Below, piece after piece: positions 51,071-63,336 of a stretch of 64,000 nt of DNA. Under the pieces are notes generated by a model. It was not told the origin of the DNA. It did no database searches and saw only the letters and a program-made list of their open reading frames with translations. This DNA is from Tubiluchus corallicola (lineage: Eukaryota; Animalia; Priapulida), in assembly GCA_030141605.1 (NCBI GenBank), contig JAQGDQ010001020.1, positions 1 to 64,000 on the forward strand, given 5' to 3'. Every line of letters begins with the position of its first letter. Within the stretch, counting starts at the first letter, position 1. Made by a program: the position numbers and the translations under genes.

Positions 51071-52577
51071 CATGTTTAGACTGGTGTCTGTTGCGAGTTT
51101 ACTATCTGACAGTAAACTCGCAGGTGTGAACTAACTTGCGAGTTACTGTCGGCAAGTTACTGGAAACTCTTCAACAGCTGCTGCGAGGTGATATCGTGTG
51201 AGAAACCGTGTAGTGTGAAACACCTCAACAAGTTACTCTCGATACTTTTGCAGTGAATGGTGAAAGTCCCGTGAGAGACCATGTAGTGTGAAACACCTCA
51301 ACTAGTTACTTTCGATACTCTTGCAGTGAATGTTGAAGGTCACGTTACAGACCATGTAGTGTGAAACACCTCAGCAAGTTACTTTCGATACTTTTGCAGT
51401 GAGTGGTGAAGGTCACGTGACAGACCATGTAGTGTGAAACACCTCAACAAGTTACTTTCGATACTCTTGCAGTGAATGGTGAAGGTCCAGCGACAGACCA
51501 TGTAGTGTGAAACACCTCAACAAGTTACTTTCGATGATTTTGCAGTGAATGGTGAAGGTCCCGTGAGAGACCATGTAGTGTGAAACACCCTCAACAAGTT
51601 ACTTTCGATACTTCTTGCAGTGAATGGTGAAAGTCCCGTGAGAGACCATATAGTGTGAAACACCTCAACAAGTTACTTTCGATACTTCTTGCAGTGAACG
51701 GTGAAGGTCACGTGACAAACCATGTAGTGTGAAACACCTCAACAAGTTACTTTCGATACTTTTGCAGTGAATGGTGAAGGTCACGTGACAGACCATGTCG
51801 TGTGAAACACCTGAACAAGTTACTTTCGATACTTTTGCAGTGAATGTTGAAGGTCACGTGAGAAACCACGTAGTGTGAAACACCCCAACAAGTTACTTTC
51901 GATACTTTTGCAGTGAATGGTGAAAGTCACGTGAGAAACCATGTAGTGTGAAACACCTCAACAAATTACTTTCGATACTTCTTGTAGTGAATGGTGAAGG
52001 TCACGTGACAAACCATGTAGTGTGAAACACCTCAACAAGTTACTTTCGATACTTTTGCAGTGAATGGTGAAGGTCACGTGAGAGACCATGTAGTGTGAAA
52101 CACCTCAACAAGTTACTTTCGATACTTTTGCAGTGAATGGTGAAAGTCCAGTGACAGACCATGTAGTGTGAAACACCTCAGCAAGTTACTTTCGATACTT
52201 TTGCAGTGAATGGTGAAAGTCACGTGACAGACCATGTAGTGTGAAACACCTCAACAAGTTACTTTCGATACTTTTGCAGTGAATGGTGAAGGTCACGTGA
52301 CAGACCATGTAGTGTGAAACACCCCAACAAGTTACTTTCGATACTTTTGCAGTGAATGGTGAAAGTCCAGTGACAGACCATGTAGTGTGAAACACCTCAG
52401 CAAGTTACTTTCGATACTTTTGCAGTGAATGGTGAAAGTCACGTGACAGACCATGTAGTGTGAAACACCTCAACAAGTTACTTTCGATACTTTCGCAGTG
52501 AATGGTGAAGAGATCATCAGCTTCCACTTACTGTAGCAGAGTACTCGTAGTAAGTTTTCCTCACTAGTCTGAACACG
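51071..52577. mobile_element. Putative MITE carrying an internal satellite
   Basis: Left catgtttagactggtg versus right cactagtctgaacacg form an imperfect 16-bp inverted repeat. The element interrupts homology with the 5' flank of the 63336 GPCR. Confidence 0.5.
51200..52508 (+). repeat. 73-bp tandem repeat, ~18 copies
   Basis: Unit gaccatgtagtgtgaaacacctcaacaagttactttcgatacttttgcagtgaatggtgaaggtcacgtgaca. Confidence 0.96.
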
Positions 52578-54184
52578 TTTGCGAGAAATGTAACAATTTG
52601 GTGGAAAACAAAATTCTGCACACATGAGTCGTGTATGACATGTATGTTTGTTGCTAAACAGGCATGCGCATGCGCATTGTACACATTCATAATAGCTGTT
52701 TATGCAATTTGTTAAGTCATTTATAACAGTTTCTGTTATAAGCACATTTTTAATTGGTAGCAGCAATTTGCATGTTTGCTCTGATGGTTTGTAGAAAAAT
52801 ATGAGTCAATGTGACAATATGACAGTCAGTAAATGATGTGGATGTTTATCTAAACAAGTTCTAAACAGGAGTGACATGCAAACCTTTGGCTATAATGTAC
52901 TTTTGCTTTTTAACAAAATATGAGTTTATATGCATTAATAAGCATAACGAGCTATTTGTCCTTCAGGTTCGCATGCCAGGTCTAAAGCCAGTTGCAAAAC
53001 AGTGGTGTTATCATAATCAAGTTATCTTAATTTTACATACTATTAACAAATAATAGTCTTTCTATCTTTTATATCATCTCATATATGAGCTTCATTCATT
53101 ACATCATTCCATTTTAAGCACTAATGTTTTTTTATCATACGATTCACTTTAAATTTTCAGATTATTTCCATTACTTTTTTTCTTTCACTGTGTGGGACAA
53201 TCTAACAAGCCCTGCTTTTTGATTCCCTCAACACATTTACCTTCGTGTATAAGTGAACAGTGTTTGAGGCTTTTCCTGTGCAGTATTTCTGATTTGTATT
53301 ACGTTCATTGTAGGCCCTTTCACTAGTTATTGTACATGAAACTATTGTAAATGTGTAATGTGAAATAAATGACTTATGACTTATGGACTTAAAGCCAATT
53401 AGATAACAAATTCAACAGAATTAAACCTAAAAAATAACAGGCATTATAGCGCAAATTAGTTTTGCGAAAGTGTCGCTCATAATCTGAAATAGCAGATGAA
53501 AAGGAACAGAAAGTTGCTGTAGTAAGGGACATTCTCATTCCATTGGTTTTCATCAATTGTGATTTGCTCACTAAATCGCTGGATTCTGCTACTATCTTTC
53601 TTTAATTATCAATAAACAATTGCAAGCAAATTTACTAATTTACTAGATTAACAAATGAGTATGAGCCTATGCTGCTGGAGGGTGGTTCCTGTAAACTGTT
53701 AGCAATATACGCCATATGCTCCTACTACCCCCCCCCACTTTTATGTATATATTATTATTATTACTTCAATTATTAATCACTTCTTTAAGATTTCCACGTA
53801 CAGTTTGGCCTGTCAAGCTATGCTTTTAGGCTCAAACTGTATGCATCAAAATTACTCTGTAATGTAATTTGCACATGTATATGCTGCATAAGAATCTCTT
53901 TTGTAATTTCTGGATAATATTGCATTTATATTTATATTTACTTCAGTGAAATTATCTGTATTTTTATTATAACTGTTAGATGCAGAGTGGAAATAAATAA
54001 ACTTATAACTTATAACTGTCCGTGTTGTCAAACATTTGTATTTGATTGAGATTTCAGCTTTGAGTAGTGTGTGCTTCTCAGTGGTGGGGAACCACTTTGC
54101 ATCTCCGAAACATCCACAGAAACGAGTCATTTTGCAATCCCACATAAGATAACAGCACCAGACTTTAGCAGCCGTCACTAGCTG

Positions 54185-54222
<38 letters not shown>

Positions 54223-55221
54223 GACTATATATTGGCTATATATATATATATATATAGTCAGCGTGACATATTTTGGAAAAAGGATAACCACAAGTTTTGT
54301 TCAAGTTAATCTGCCAGCTGCCTGCAACTTTTCATGATCATGGTAAACGCAGCATGTAAAAGGGCGTTGGCTATTCCATAGCTGTGACTACTGTCGTGAA
54401 ATTTGGGCTTCACGATTCACCTGCCGTAAAGAAGCCATTGTGAATTAATTTACGCATTGCTGTAGGAACTGGTTTGAGGAGTAACTTGGGTTGAAATAGG
54501 AGGTTAGTTGTTGAGTTGACATGGAACAGAAAAAATGTATATTGCGCTATCGAGAAAAGAATCAATTTAGCGTTATGGGAGAAGGAAAAGTTCTCGTTTT
54601 TGTTTTACTGTCGTCGCAAAGGTCAACACGACAACTACTGTCCACCTCACGTGGAGCTCAGTACCTGGACTGATAATTGTCTTTGCAATTACCTCGCATG
54701 CTTTTCCTTGTTCATCATGTGTTTTTACAGATATGAGCACACTTTTTAAAAACTTACATTGATTATAATAAAAGTGCGCAATACATAACAAAAAGATTTG
54801 CAGCTTGTTTCTATACCTGCACGTGCTACAATAAATAATCAAAGTGTTTTGAAGCAATCACAAAAAGTTTTATTTTAAATTCAATATTACAGAAAAAGTA
54901 AAAGTCGTGGCGATTTCTTCGCTTCCGATGAATACACTAAAAAACGTGTTTAATTCTGATTGGCTGACCTACTAAATGCATATAACGAAGCCAAGTTTTA
55001 CAGCCAATTCTAAATAAGTACAACCTTAGATTAAAGGGCAAGCAGAGAGAAATCTTCCGAACACAAAGGACTTCTGATTCTGCAGATTCACGGCTACAGA
55101 GTGGTTCACATTTTCAGACGTTCTTTCTTGAGGTTTGGCTCTGTTTTGTTTGAATTTTAGTTGCACATCCATTTGTTGGGTTTTTGCATCACGTTTTGCC
55201 TTATCTGGATGCAAAACAATT

Positions 55222-55400
55222 TGCCTCTGTTGTTACCTTCACTGGCATCTCAGAATCTTCTTGAACGCTGCTCTAAATTTGCCTCTTTTGTTACCTTCAC
55301 AGGCATCTCAGAATCTTCTTGAACGCTGCTCTAAATTTACCTCTGTTGTTACCTTCACTGGCATCTCAGAATCTTCTTGAACGCTGCTCTAAATTTGCCA
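55222..55400 (-). repeat. ~59-bp triplication spanning the GPCR helix 8 and stop codon
   Basis: ttaccttcac.ggcatctcagaatcttcttgaacgctgctctaaattt occurs three times. Confidence 0.9.
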
Positions 55401-56236
55401 TTTGTTGCCACGTATATGAAAGGGTTAACAGCACTGTTCCAGTAACTGATACGTGCTACTACCCAGTGAGCCATACTTGCCGCGCACAGTGGGCATCTTG
55501 AAAGCTTTATTGCCAAGATAGAGTACGGACCCCAACAAATGAAAAATGCAAGAGTGACGATGGCTAAAGTTTTCGTTGCCTTCATTTCCATCACTCTTGT
55601 ACTAGTTTGTCGGTTTTGGTTGTGAATTTGCAAAATTTGCTTTCTTGCTGCTCGCCATATTAATGCATACAGTGAAACCACAACTGTCATAGGCAGATAA
55701 ATTGTTATCGTTATGGTGGCAACGAAAAAGAATTTCAGTGCTTCCATGTATGCTATAATAATGGCAAAAAGCCACGTAATAGATAACGTGATACTTAATG
55801 CTCTCTTTGTAAGGTATATGTTGTATTTGAAAGGGTGCAAAACTGCTACGTATCTCTCACCTGCAATTAAACATAAGTGTAATATACTGCTGTTCAGGGC
55901 AGCCAAAATTACAAAAAGTTGGGCAGAAGGATATGAAGAACCCAACTGCTTCGCGTTTACTATAGCGTGTACTATACCCACAATGTCAGCTGGCAGTGAT
56001 ATCAGTCCACATAGCAGATCCGTTACAGCTAGTGATACGATCAATGCATTCGTTTTTGTTTGCAACTGCTCATACTTGTAAACTGCAATTAGAACTAGCA
56101 AGTTCCCAGCAACTATAATCACAGCTAGGCACACAAGAAATCCTGTTACAGTAGTCAAAGTAAACCAACTTCCATTCAGATGTAGGGCACGAGTTGTGTT
56201 TCCTGCTGTAGTGTAATTGTCACTTAGCATTGTCAA
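55355..56236 (-). CDS. Intronless class A GPCR paralog
   Basis: 293 aa; GN, SLAVTD, ERY, FFICWGP, CPLC, NPFIY. Confidence 0.93.
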   Translation of the reverse strand: MTMLSDNYTTAGNTTRALHLNGSWFTLTTVTGFLVCLAVIIVAGNLLVLIAVYKYEQLQTKTNALIVSLAVTDLLCGLISLPADIVGIVHAIVNAKQLGSSYPSAQLFVILAALNSSILHLCLIAGERYVAVLHPFKYNIYLTKRALSITLSITWLFAIIIAYMEALKFFFVATITITIYLPMTVVVSLYALIWRAARKQILQIHNQNRQTSTRVMEMKATKTLAIVTLAFFICWGPYSILAIKLSRCPLCAASMAHWVVARISYWNSAVNPFIYVATNGKFRAAFKKILRCQ

Positions 56237-56560
56237 ATGTTACCATTTCACGTTACTCTGACAAGATTGTTCATGTATGGCGCGGATGGACAAGCCGAAG
56301 TAGGACACTTTTGCTAAACCGCATGTGCTAAATTTGCGGAAAACCAGTGTCGTACATGGGCAGCCCAAGTAGGACACTGGCGATTTCTGTCGAGAATCGT
56401 GAATTATGACATCATAAAACATAAAACTAAATTTGTTTTAGAAAAAAGCAACTTTTAATAATGATGGATAGTTCTTGACAAATATATATTTTTTAAAATA
56501 ATATCACCATCATTATTAGCTCCATTAATATCATCATAACATTAAACCAAGCATCTAACA

Positions 56561-56981
56561 CAGGGGTGTGCAAATTATCTGACTAGCCGGGCCACATTAA
56601 ACATTCCCGCAATTCCTGTGGGCCACATGCAGTTTGGTCAAGGAGCCAAGTACAGTAGGACCTAATAACGATTTTTTTGCATCCAGTTTGTGCACATCAT
56701 CACTACTGCACCCAAGAAACTATTTTAGAAGTTATTAAAATTAATAAAACCATATATTTCGTCATGTCCGACAGTGACATTAAGTGACAACAGTCTTGTA
56801 AGGGTTAATGGCATCCGAGCTAGAGGAAAAAACTATCCGCACTATCTTTGCGATATTGGTGCAGACTTCAGCTGGATCGCATGGGCCGCACTTTCATTAC
56901 GTTGACAAACTTCTTCGCGGGCCGCACAAGATCTCTCGGCGGGCCGCAAGTGGCCCGCGGGCCGCAGTTTGCACACCCCTG
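56561..56981. mobile_element. hAT-family MITE
   Basis: 14-bp TIRs caggggtgtgcaaa / tttgcacacccctg; 8-bp TSD atctaaca at 56553-56560 and 56982-56989; subterminal gggcc(g/a)ca motifs. Confidence 0.92.
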
Positions 56982-57071
56982 ATCTAACACTTTAAAGAGT
57001 GAAACTATGTAGGGCACATAGTTCGCTAACCAGTTATATGGTTGACGACTCAATTCGTACTTCTCTCTAGT

Positions 57072-57350
57072 GTCCTACTTGGGCAACCCATGTACTACGC
57101 GTCCTACTTGGGCAACCCATATACTACGCGTCCTACTTGGACTAGCCCATGTACTACGCGTCCTACTTGGACTAGCCCATGTACTACGCGTCCTACTTGG
57201 GCAACCCATATACTACGTGTCCTACTTGGACTAGCCCATGTACTACGCGTCCTACTTGGACTAGCCCATGTACTACGCGTCCTACTTGGACTAGCATATG
57301 TAAACCAATTGTCCTACTTGGACTAGCATATGTAAACCAATTGTCTTACT
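57072..57350 (+). repeat. 30-bp tandem repeat, ~9 copies
   Basis: Unit gtcctacttggactagcccatgtactacgc; inverted relatives at 56295-56380. Confidence 0.92.
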
Positions 57351-57397
57351 TCGAAACATTCAATGTATCACAACATCCAATGTAAATCAATTTTCGT

Positions 57398-57475
57398 CTA
57401 GACGCAGGGCACGAGTTGTGTTTCCAGCTGTTGTGTAATTGTCACGTAGCATTGTCAAATGTTACCATTTCACAA
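57398..57475 (-). pseudogene. Duplicated GPCR start region
   Basis: Reads MTMLRDNYTTAGNTTRAL, a copy of 56180-56250. Confidence 0.8.
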
Positions 57476-58779
57476 GAATATCAACGTTAGTGTGACATGA
57501 ACGTTCGTTCGAGAAATACACCTCTGCTTTTTACACGGAAGACTGCACAACTGACCAGCATTTTTACATGTTGCTAAATAGAATATTCCAGCATCGTCAC
57601 AAACAGTAGGTCTTGTGTACATACCAAAAATCCATTAATGCATATAATTATGTGTATATAACAGAAAGTTTTTAGTTTCAATAGTTGTAATTTCCTGAAT
57701 AGCAAAACCGATGTGACACTTACAAAGTGGCACAAATGTGTTCATCTAAACAAAGAAACTACACGGACGATAACGTAATTGTCATTTATGTCACTGCAAA
57801 ATTCATGGTGACAACGCAACGTTAGCAAAATAAGCCTTTTGTCCATTGTCTTTCAGACGTATCTAGTTTGGAGGAATTGCATAGCAAATTCACAAATTGG
57901 AGAAACCGAATTATCGGCTAATAGCAGCAATATTATTAATCAGTTAAGGTCAACAATTGAAAGCTCAGTAAATGATTTAGTAGACGTATATTCATTAAAA
58001 TATGTATAATATACTTTAGAAAATTTTGGAGGTTTTTCGCCCCCCATTCCTCCTGCTGGACCCGATTCGAAAAATAAAACCCCAAATGGCACGACACTAG
58101 ATCGAGACCTTTCGTTTGATGTATAGATCGCCGCAAATGGTGCCGCCATTGGAGCTGTAGCCTCGAATCTTATATATATATGTAAATATATATACCAAGA
58201 GAATTAATATATACGATAAATATACACGTATAATCAAAAATACGCAATCATCCTACATAGTCCTCATTTATAACACAAAGCCAGCAACAGCAGCAGCTTT
58301 ACTGAATTAAAGCTCTAAGTTTATAGACAGAGTACAATGGATGACGTCAGAACAATGTTGCTTTTCGTCAGCAGTTTTCTAAGCAAAATTTATATATATA
58401 TATATATTTTCACTTAGAAAACTGCTGACGCAAAGGCATTGTTGTGACGTCATCCATTGTATTCTGTCTATAAGCTTATAGCTTTAATTCAGCAAAAAGC
58501 TGCTACAGGCAAAGTAAACAAACAGTAGGCAGGATGTTACGGGCTTTGTGTTATAAATGAGGACTAGGTAGGATGTTCACGTATTATTGATTGCACGTGG
58601 TTTTTTACGCAAAATCTTTTGCGGGGCCTTTGCTATTTATTATATTATAGCACATAGTTTCAACTTTGTGAAAAATGTTTGGAATGGTTTTGTTGTAATG
58701 CTGTGCTGTTGGTGCTTGTGCTATAGGTGTCGTCATCATTGCCACCATCATCATCATCATCATCAACATCATGATCACC

Positions 58780-59405
58780 ACGTGAGGTGGTGGATTTGAT
58801 GTGGTGTGGTGGTGGTGTGCTTTTTGTGTTGTGCTATGGATGGTGTGGTGGGGTGATAGGGTGTGTGGGGTGTGGTGTGGGTAGTGTGGTATGGAGTGGG
58901 TGGCATGGTGTGTGGGTGGGTGGGTGTTGTGGTGCAGTGTGGTGTTATGGTGTGGTGTGGTGCAGTGCGGTGTGATGTGGTGGAGTATTATGGTGTGGGT
59001 GGTGTGATGTGGTGTTTGGGTGGTGCAGTGGTATGGTGTGGTGCAGTGTGGAGTGATGTGGTGGAGTGGTATGGTGTGGTGTGTGGGTGGTGCAGTGGTA
59101 TGGTGTGGTGCAGTGTGGTGTGATGTGGTGGAGTGGTATGGTGTGGGTGGTGTGGTGTGTAGGTGGTATGGTGTGGTGCGGTGCGGTGTGGTGGTATTGT
59201 GTGGTGCAGTGTGGTGCGATGAGGTGGAGTGGTATGGTGTGGTGCAGTGTGGTGTGATGAGGTGGAGTGGTATGGTGTGGGTGGTGTGGTGTGTAGGTGG
59301 TATGGTGTGGTGTGGTGCAGTGTGGTGGTATTGTGTGGTGCAGTGTGGTGCGATGAGGTGGAGTGGTATGGTGTGGTGCAGTGTGGTGTGATGAGGTGGT
59401 GTGTG
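58780..59405 (+). repeat. Degenerate (GTG/GGTGT)-rich simple repeat
   Basis: Low-complexity tggtgtggtgcagtg-type tract. Confidence 0.9.
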
Positions 59406-59464
59406 TTGATTTGTGCACAAAATTCTTTTTGTGGGGTTTGGCTAGTTATATTAATATTATTGGT

Positions 59465-60167
59465 ATCTTAATATATAAGATTCGAGGCTACAGCTTCGAC
59501 GACGGCACCATTTGCGGCGATCTATATATCAAACGAAAGGTCTCGATCTAGTGTCGTCTCGTTGATGGTTTATTTTTCGAATCGGGCCCACCGGGAGGAA
59601 GGCAAGGCGAAAAACCTCCAAAATGGCCATTTTTCGGCTGTTTTTTTGCAAAAGTTATACGGCTGAGATGTAGAGAAAGGGAACGGGTCGAGGGTGGTGC
59701 TGGGTACGGATAGATAGCCCGTTCAGCGGTGGGTGTAGTAGGCATATTTAGAATTCGTGAGAGGACCACGGCGTCCCGTAACGGGCGTTTTCCCGGACCC
59801 AACTCTCGGAAAGAGATATACGGCTCACCAGAAAGAGGAAGAACGGTGCTACACGATGGTGTGGGCTATATGTTAGGACAGGTCCACCGAGAGGAGTACC
59901 GGCGAGTTAATTAGATGTTCTATTTTCAGCAATTTTCGCTTAGAAAACTGCTGACGCAATGCCATTGTTCTGACGTCATCCATTGTACTCTGCTGTAATC
60001 TTATAACTTTAATTCAGCAAAAAGCTGCTACAGGCTTTGGGTTAATTAAACAAACAGTAGGCAGGATGTTACGGGCTTTGTGTTATAAATGAGGACTAGG
60101 TAGAATGTTTGCGTATTATTGATTATACGTGGATTTATACGCAAAATCTTTTGCGGGGCCTTTGCTA

Positions 60168-60168
<1 letters not shown>
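59465..60168 (+). mobile_element. Non-autonomous Helitron-like element; further partial copies at 57940-58640 and another 3' end at ~59447
   Basis: 5' a|TCTTAATATATAAG and 3' hairpin-like gcaaaatcttttgcggggcctttg followed by CTAG|t. Related 3' ends at ~58610-58636 and ~59417-59447. An inverted copy of the 5' part lies at 58020-58175. Confidence 0.65.
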
Positions 60169-60214
<46 letters not shown>

Positions 60215-61131
60215 AAATTACTTGACATGTAGTTAGAAAACGACCGTATTTCAATGAATGATGTGGTCACACCGACATGCATTGAATCATTATTTGTAAC
60301 AATAATGTGAAGGAAGATAGGATGATTTTTCATATGCTACCCCTTTCTGAAATCGGATAAAAATTACACATTTTAACGTAATTAATACTGCAAAGGCGTT
60401 TCTGATAATTAAATTATAAACTAAGAACTTTATTAAAAGCAGGCGAGCCCGACTATTGATGACATCACAAACTAACATAATTTTCAACAGCAACAATATT
60501 CCACGAGCGGGTTTCATGTGTTTGAAAAGAGAAAATTGAAGTACAATGCTACTGTAAGATATTCAGTTTGTTGCACTAAAGCTAGGTAAGTTTTAAGATT
60601 ACAATTTAAATTTCAAATTTACCGCTGTGCTCATGCATAAGCTGTCGAATGTGTGTACTTTGTCACAAACTAACGCATCTGAACTGAAAGGTACATCACT
60701 TGTTATTTGTGCAATGTGGTGTTTGCGAAATGCAGGCGCTAGTGCCCGTCTAACTAGCGAATGGCGACATCAATTCGACTGCAGTTTATTTTCTGTAACA
60801 TTATATTAAAGGTGATGTATGTTTAATATTGTTTAAATGAACTCACAACCACAATCTCAACCAATGTTACAGATTACGAATCCACTTTCAATAGTTTTTA
60901 TCAATGTATTTTTAACAAAATTCACATACATGTAAACAATGTGGTGAATTTATTTAATTTTTATTTGTGCATAAATAGTTTACAAGGTATGGTCACATAC
61001 ATGACTATTCTCCTCCCTACTACAGCAATTATTGCTTTTCAGCATCCAGCTACAAAATTATCAAATAGCAAATATTTATATAAAATATTTATAGCAAATA
61101 TATATATAAATAGTAATATATGCATACCTGT

Positions 61132-61510
61132 TGCTGCTCTTCTTCTAATTCTATGCCTACACTACTTTATACGCACGTGGCGCCAGCTGTTAACAAAAAT
61201 GCAAACATTTACACATTTTAATTTCTTCTGCTGCTCTTCTTCTAATTCTATGCCTACACTACTCTATACGCACGTGGCGCCAGCTGTTAACAAAAATGCA
61301 AACAATTACACATTTTAATTTCTTCTGCTGCTCTTTTTCTAATTCTATGCCTACACTACTCTATACGCACGTGGCGCCAGCTGTTAACAAAAATGCAAAC
61401 ATTTACACATTTTAATTTCTTCTGCTGTTCTTCTTCTAATTCTATGCCTACACTACTCTTTATGCACGTGGCGCCAACTGTTAACAAAAATGCAAACATT
61501 TACACATTTA
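61132..61510 (+). repeat. ~97-bp tandem repeat x4
   Basis: ttctaattctatgcctacactact..gcacgtggcgcca.ctgttaacaaaaatgcaaaca occurs four times. Confidence 0.93.
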
Positions 61511-62478
61511 AATTTTACATGCGACATATTTTTTATTTATTTATTAGTATGAAAAATACATACAAGAATTACGTACAATATCAATTTTGAAATATACAAA
61601 AAACAAGACATATATACAATTTCAATTATGAAATATTATGACACATTATAAAAATTATGAAATAAAGTTTATCTAATCTCAGTAATCTAACCTAATCTGA
61701 CCAAATCTAATAAAGTGTCCCCAACAACTGTCTTCTGCGTTCATTTCACCTGAATATTCCAGAAGAATAAATAGTAAACAAACCTTTGAAAATCAACAAA
61801 ATTTGGGGGAAGCAAAAGATCAAACAGCTTCATTTGCTAAACGTTTTAACGACGATTACTTATCACTTGTCTGGGGAAAATTCCTCCAGATTTAATCGAC
61901 TAATCTAGACAAAAATCTGCATATTTGTTTTTTTATTGTAAATAATGTAAGACCGAACTAATGTAAGACCAAACTAGAAAGGCATAATAATTTTAATAAC
62001 AGTTTATTGAACATCAATGCAAGAGTACGTAAGGAATATATGTGAGTTGTAATATACAGTACTGATGGCTTTTTCTCATAAGTGAATTACGATATGCAGT
62101 CTTTTTAACATGCTGATAGAGTGTCCAGGTGTTGACTCTATCAGCTACGGCTATTCATTGCTATTGCTACTCAGAATCACAATAAAATTATACAACAAAT
62201 AGCAGATAATAAAGGACAACTTGTTTCAGAAATACTTTACCAATACATTTACAGTGAATGTTAAAGGAAACTGTGCTGATTTCATTATTACATAATTACA
62301 ATTTCAAAATTTCTTTAGTTCTGGTTTCTTGTCTTTTGAGTTTTACAGTTGCACAGTTTGGTTTTCGTAATTCCAAAATCTTTCCTGTAGATATCATTCT
62401 GATTAGTACCTGGCCAGGTGACACTTAGTCAATCATAAGTTACAGAAACACATTGATCAGTGTACTTTGCAATTATTT

Positions 62479-63336
62479 TTACCGGCATCTAAGAATCTTC
62501 TTGAATGCTGTTCTAAATTTGCTGTTTGTTGCTGCATATATGTAAGGGTTGACTGCACTGTTTGAAAAACTCACGCATACTGCTATTTTTACAGCGATAT
62601 CTGATATGCACAGTGGACAGCTTAGGTAGGTTGCTGTCACAATTAAGATTGGAACCCAACAAACGAAAAATGCAACAGTGACTATAGTTAAAGTTTTTGT
62701 TGCTTTCATGTCCATCACTCTTGTTCCAGTTTGTTGGTTTTGATCACGAATTTGCAAGATTTGCTTTCTTGCTGCCCGCCATATTACTGCATACAGTGAG
62801 ACTATAATTGTTGCTTGTAAACAGCTAAAAATACTGGAAACAATCGTGCTGTCGTCTATTATTTCTATGCACGCTGAAATAATGCCCAAGAGCCATGTAA
62901 TGGGTAATAGCATTCTCAATGTTCTCTTTGTAAAATAAATGTTGTATTTGTAAGGATGCAAAATGGCTACATATCTCTCAACAGCAATTAAGCATAAGTG
63001 CAGTATGCTGCAGTCTACAGCAACTATTGCAACAAAATTTTTAAGGCTTTCACCTAGAACGTTAACACGTCTAACATATATTACAGTGACAAATTCAATT
63101 GGCAGTGATATCAGTCCAAATAGCAGATCTGTTACAGCTAGTGATACGATCAGTGCATTCGTTCTTGTTTGCAACTGCTCATACCTGTAAACTGCAATTA
63201 AGACAAGCAAGTTTCCAACAACTGTAATGACGATCAACCATGCTAAGAATGCTGCAACAGTTAGTATAAGCCAATCTTTCTCGTAATTCACTTCGTCAGT
63301 TGTGTTTCCTATCATAGTATCATTTTCGGGTGGCAT
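62479..63336 (-). CDS. Intronless class A GPCR paralog
   Basis: 285 aa; GN, SLAVTD, ERY, FFVCWVP, CPLC, NPYIY. Confidence 0.93.
   Translation of the reverse strand: MPPENDTMIGNTTDEVNYEKDWLILTVAAFLAWLIVITVVGNLLVLIAVYRYEQLQTRTNALIVSLAVTDLLFGLISLPIEFVTVIYVRRVNVLGESLKNFVAIVAVDCSILHLCLIAVERYVAILHPYKYNIYFTKRTLRMLLPITWLLGIISACIEIIDDSTIVSSIFSCLQATIIVSLYAVIWRAARKQILQIRDQNQQTGTRVMDMKATKTLTIVTVAFFVCWVPILIVTATYLSCPLCISDIAVKIAVCVSFSNSAVNPYIYAATNSKFRTAFKKILRCR

Noticed and set aside
58587-59471. His/Thr/Pro-rich and Val/Trp/Cys-rich ORFs
   Set aside because: Translations of a GTG-rich simple repeat.
39183-63336. Naming the GPCRs as histamine H2, TAAR, adenosine or melanocortin orthologs
   Set aside because: Only generic class A motifs are shared; family-diagnostic ligand residues are not conserved, so no gene symbol is given.
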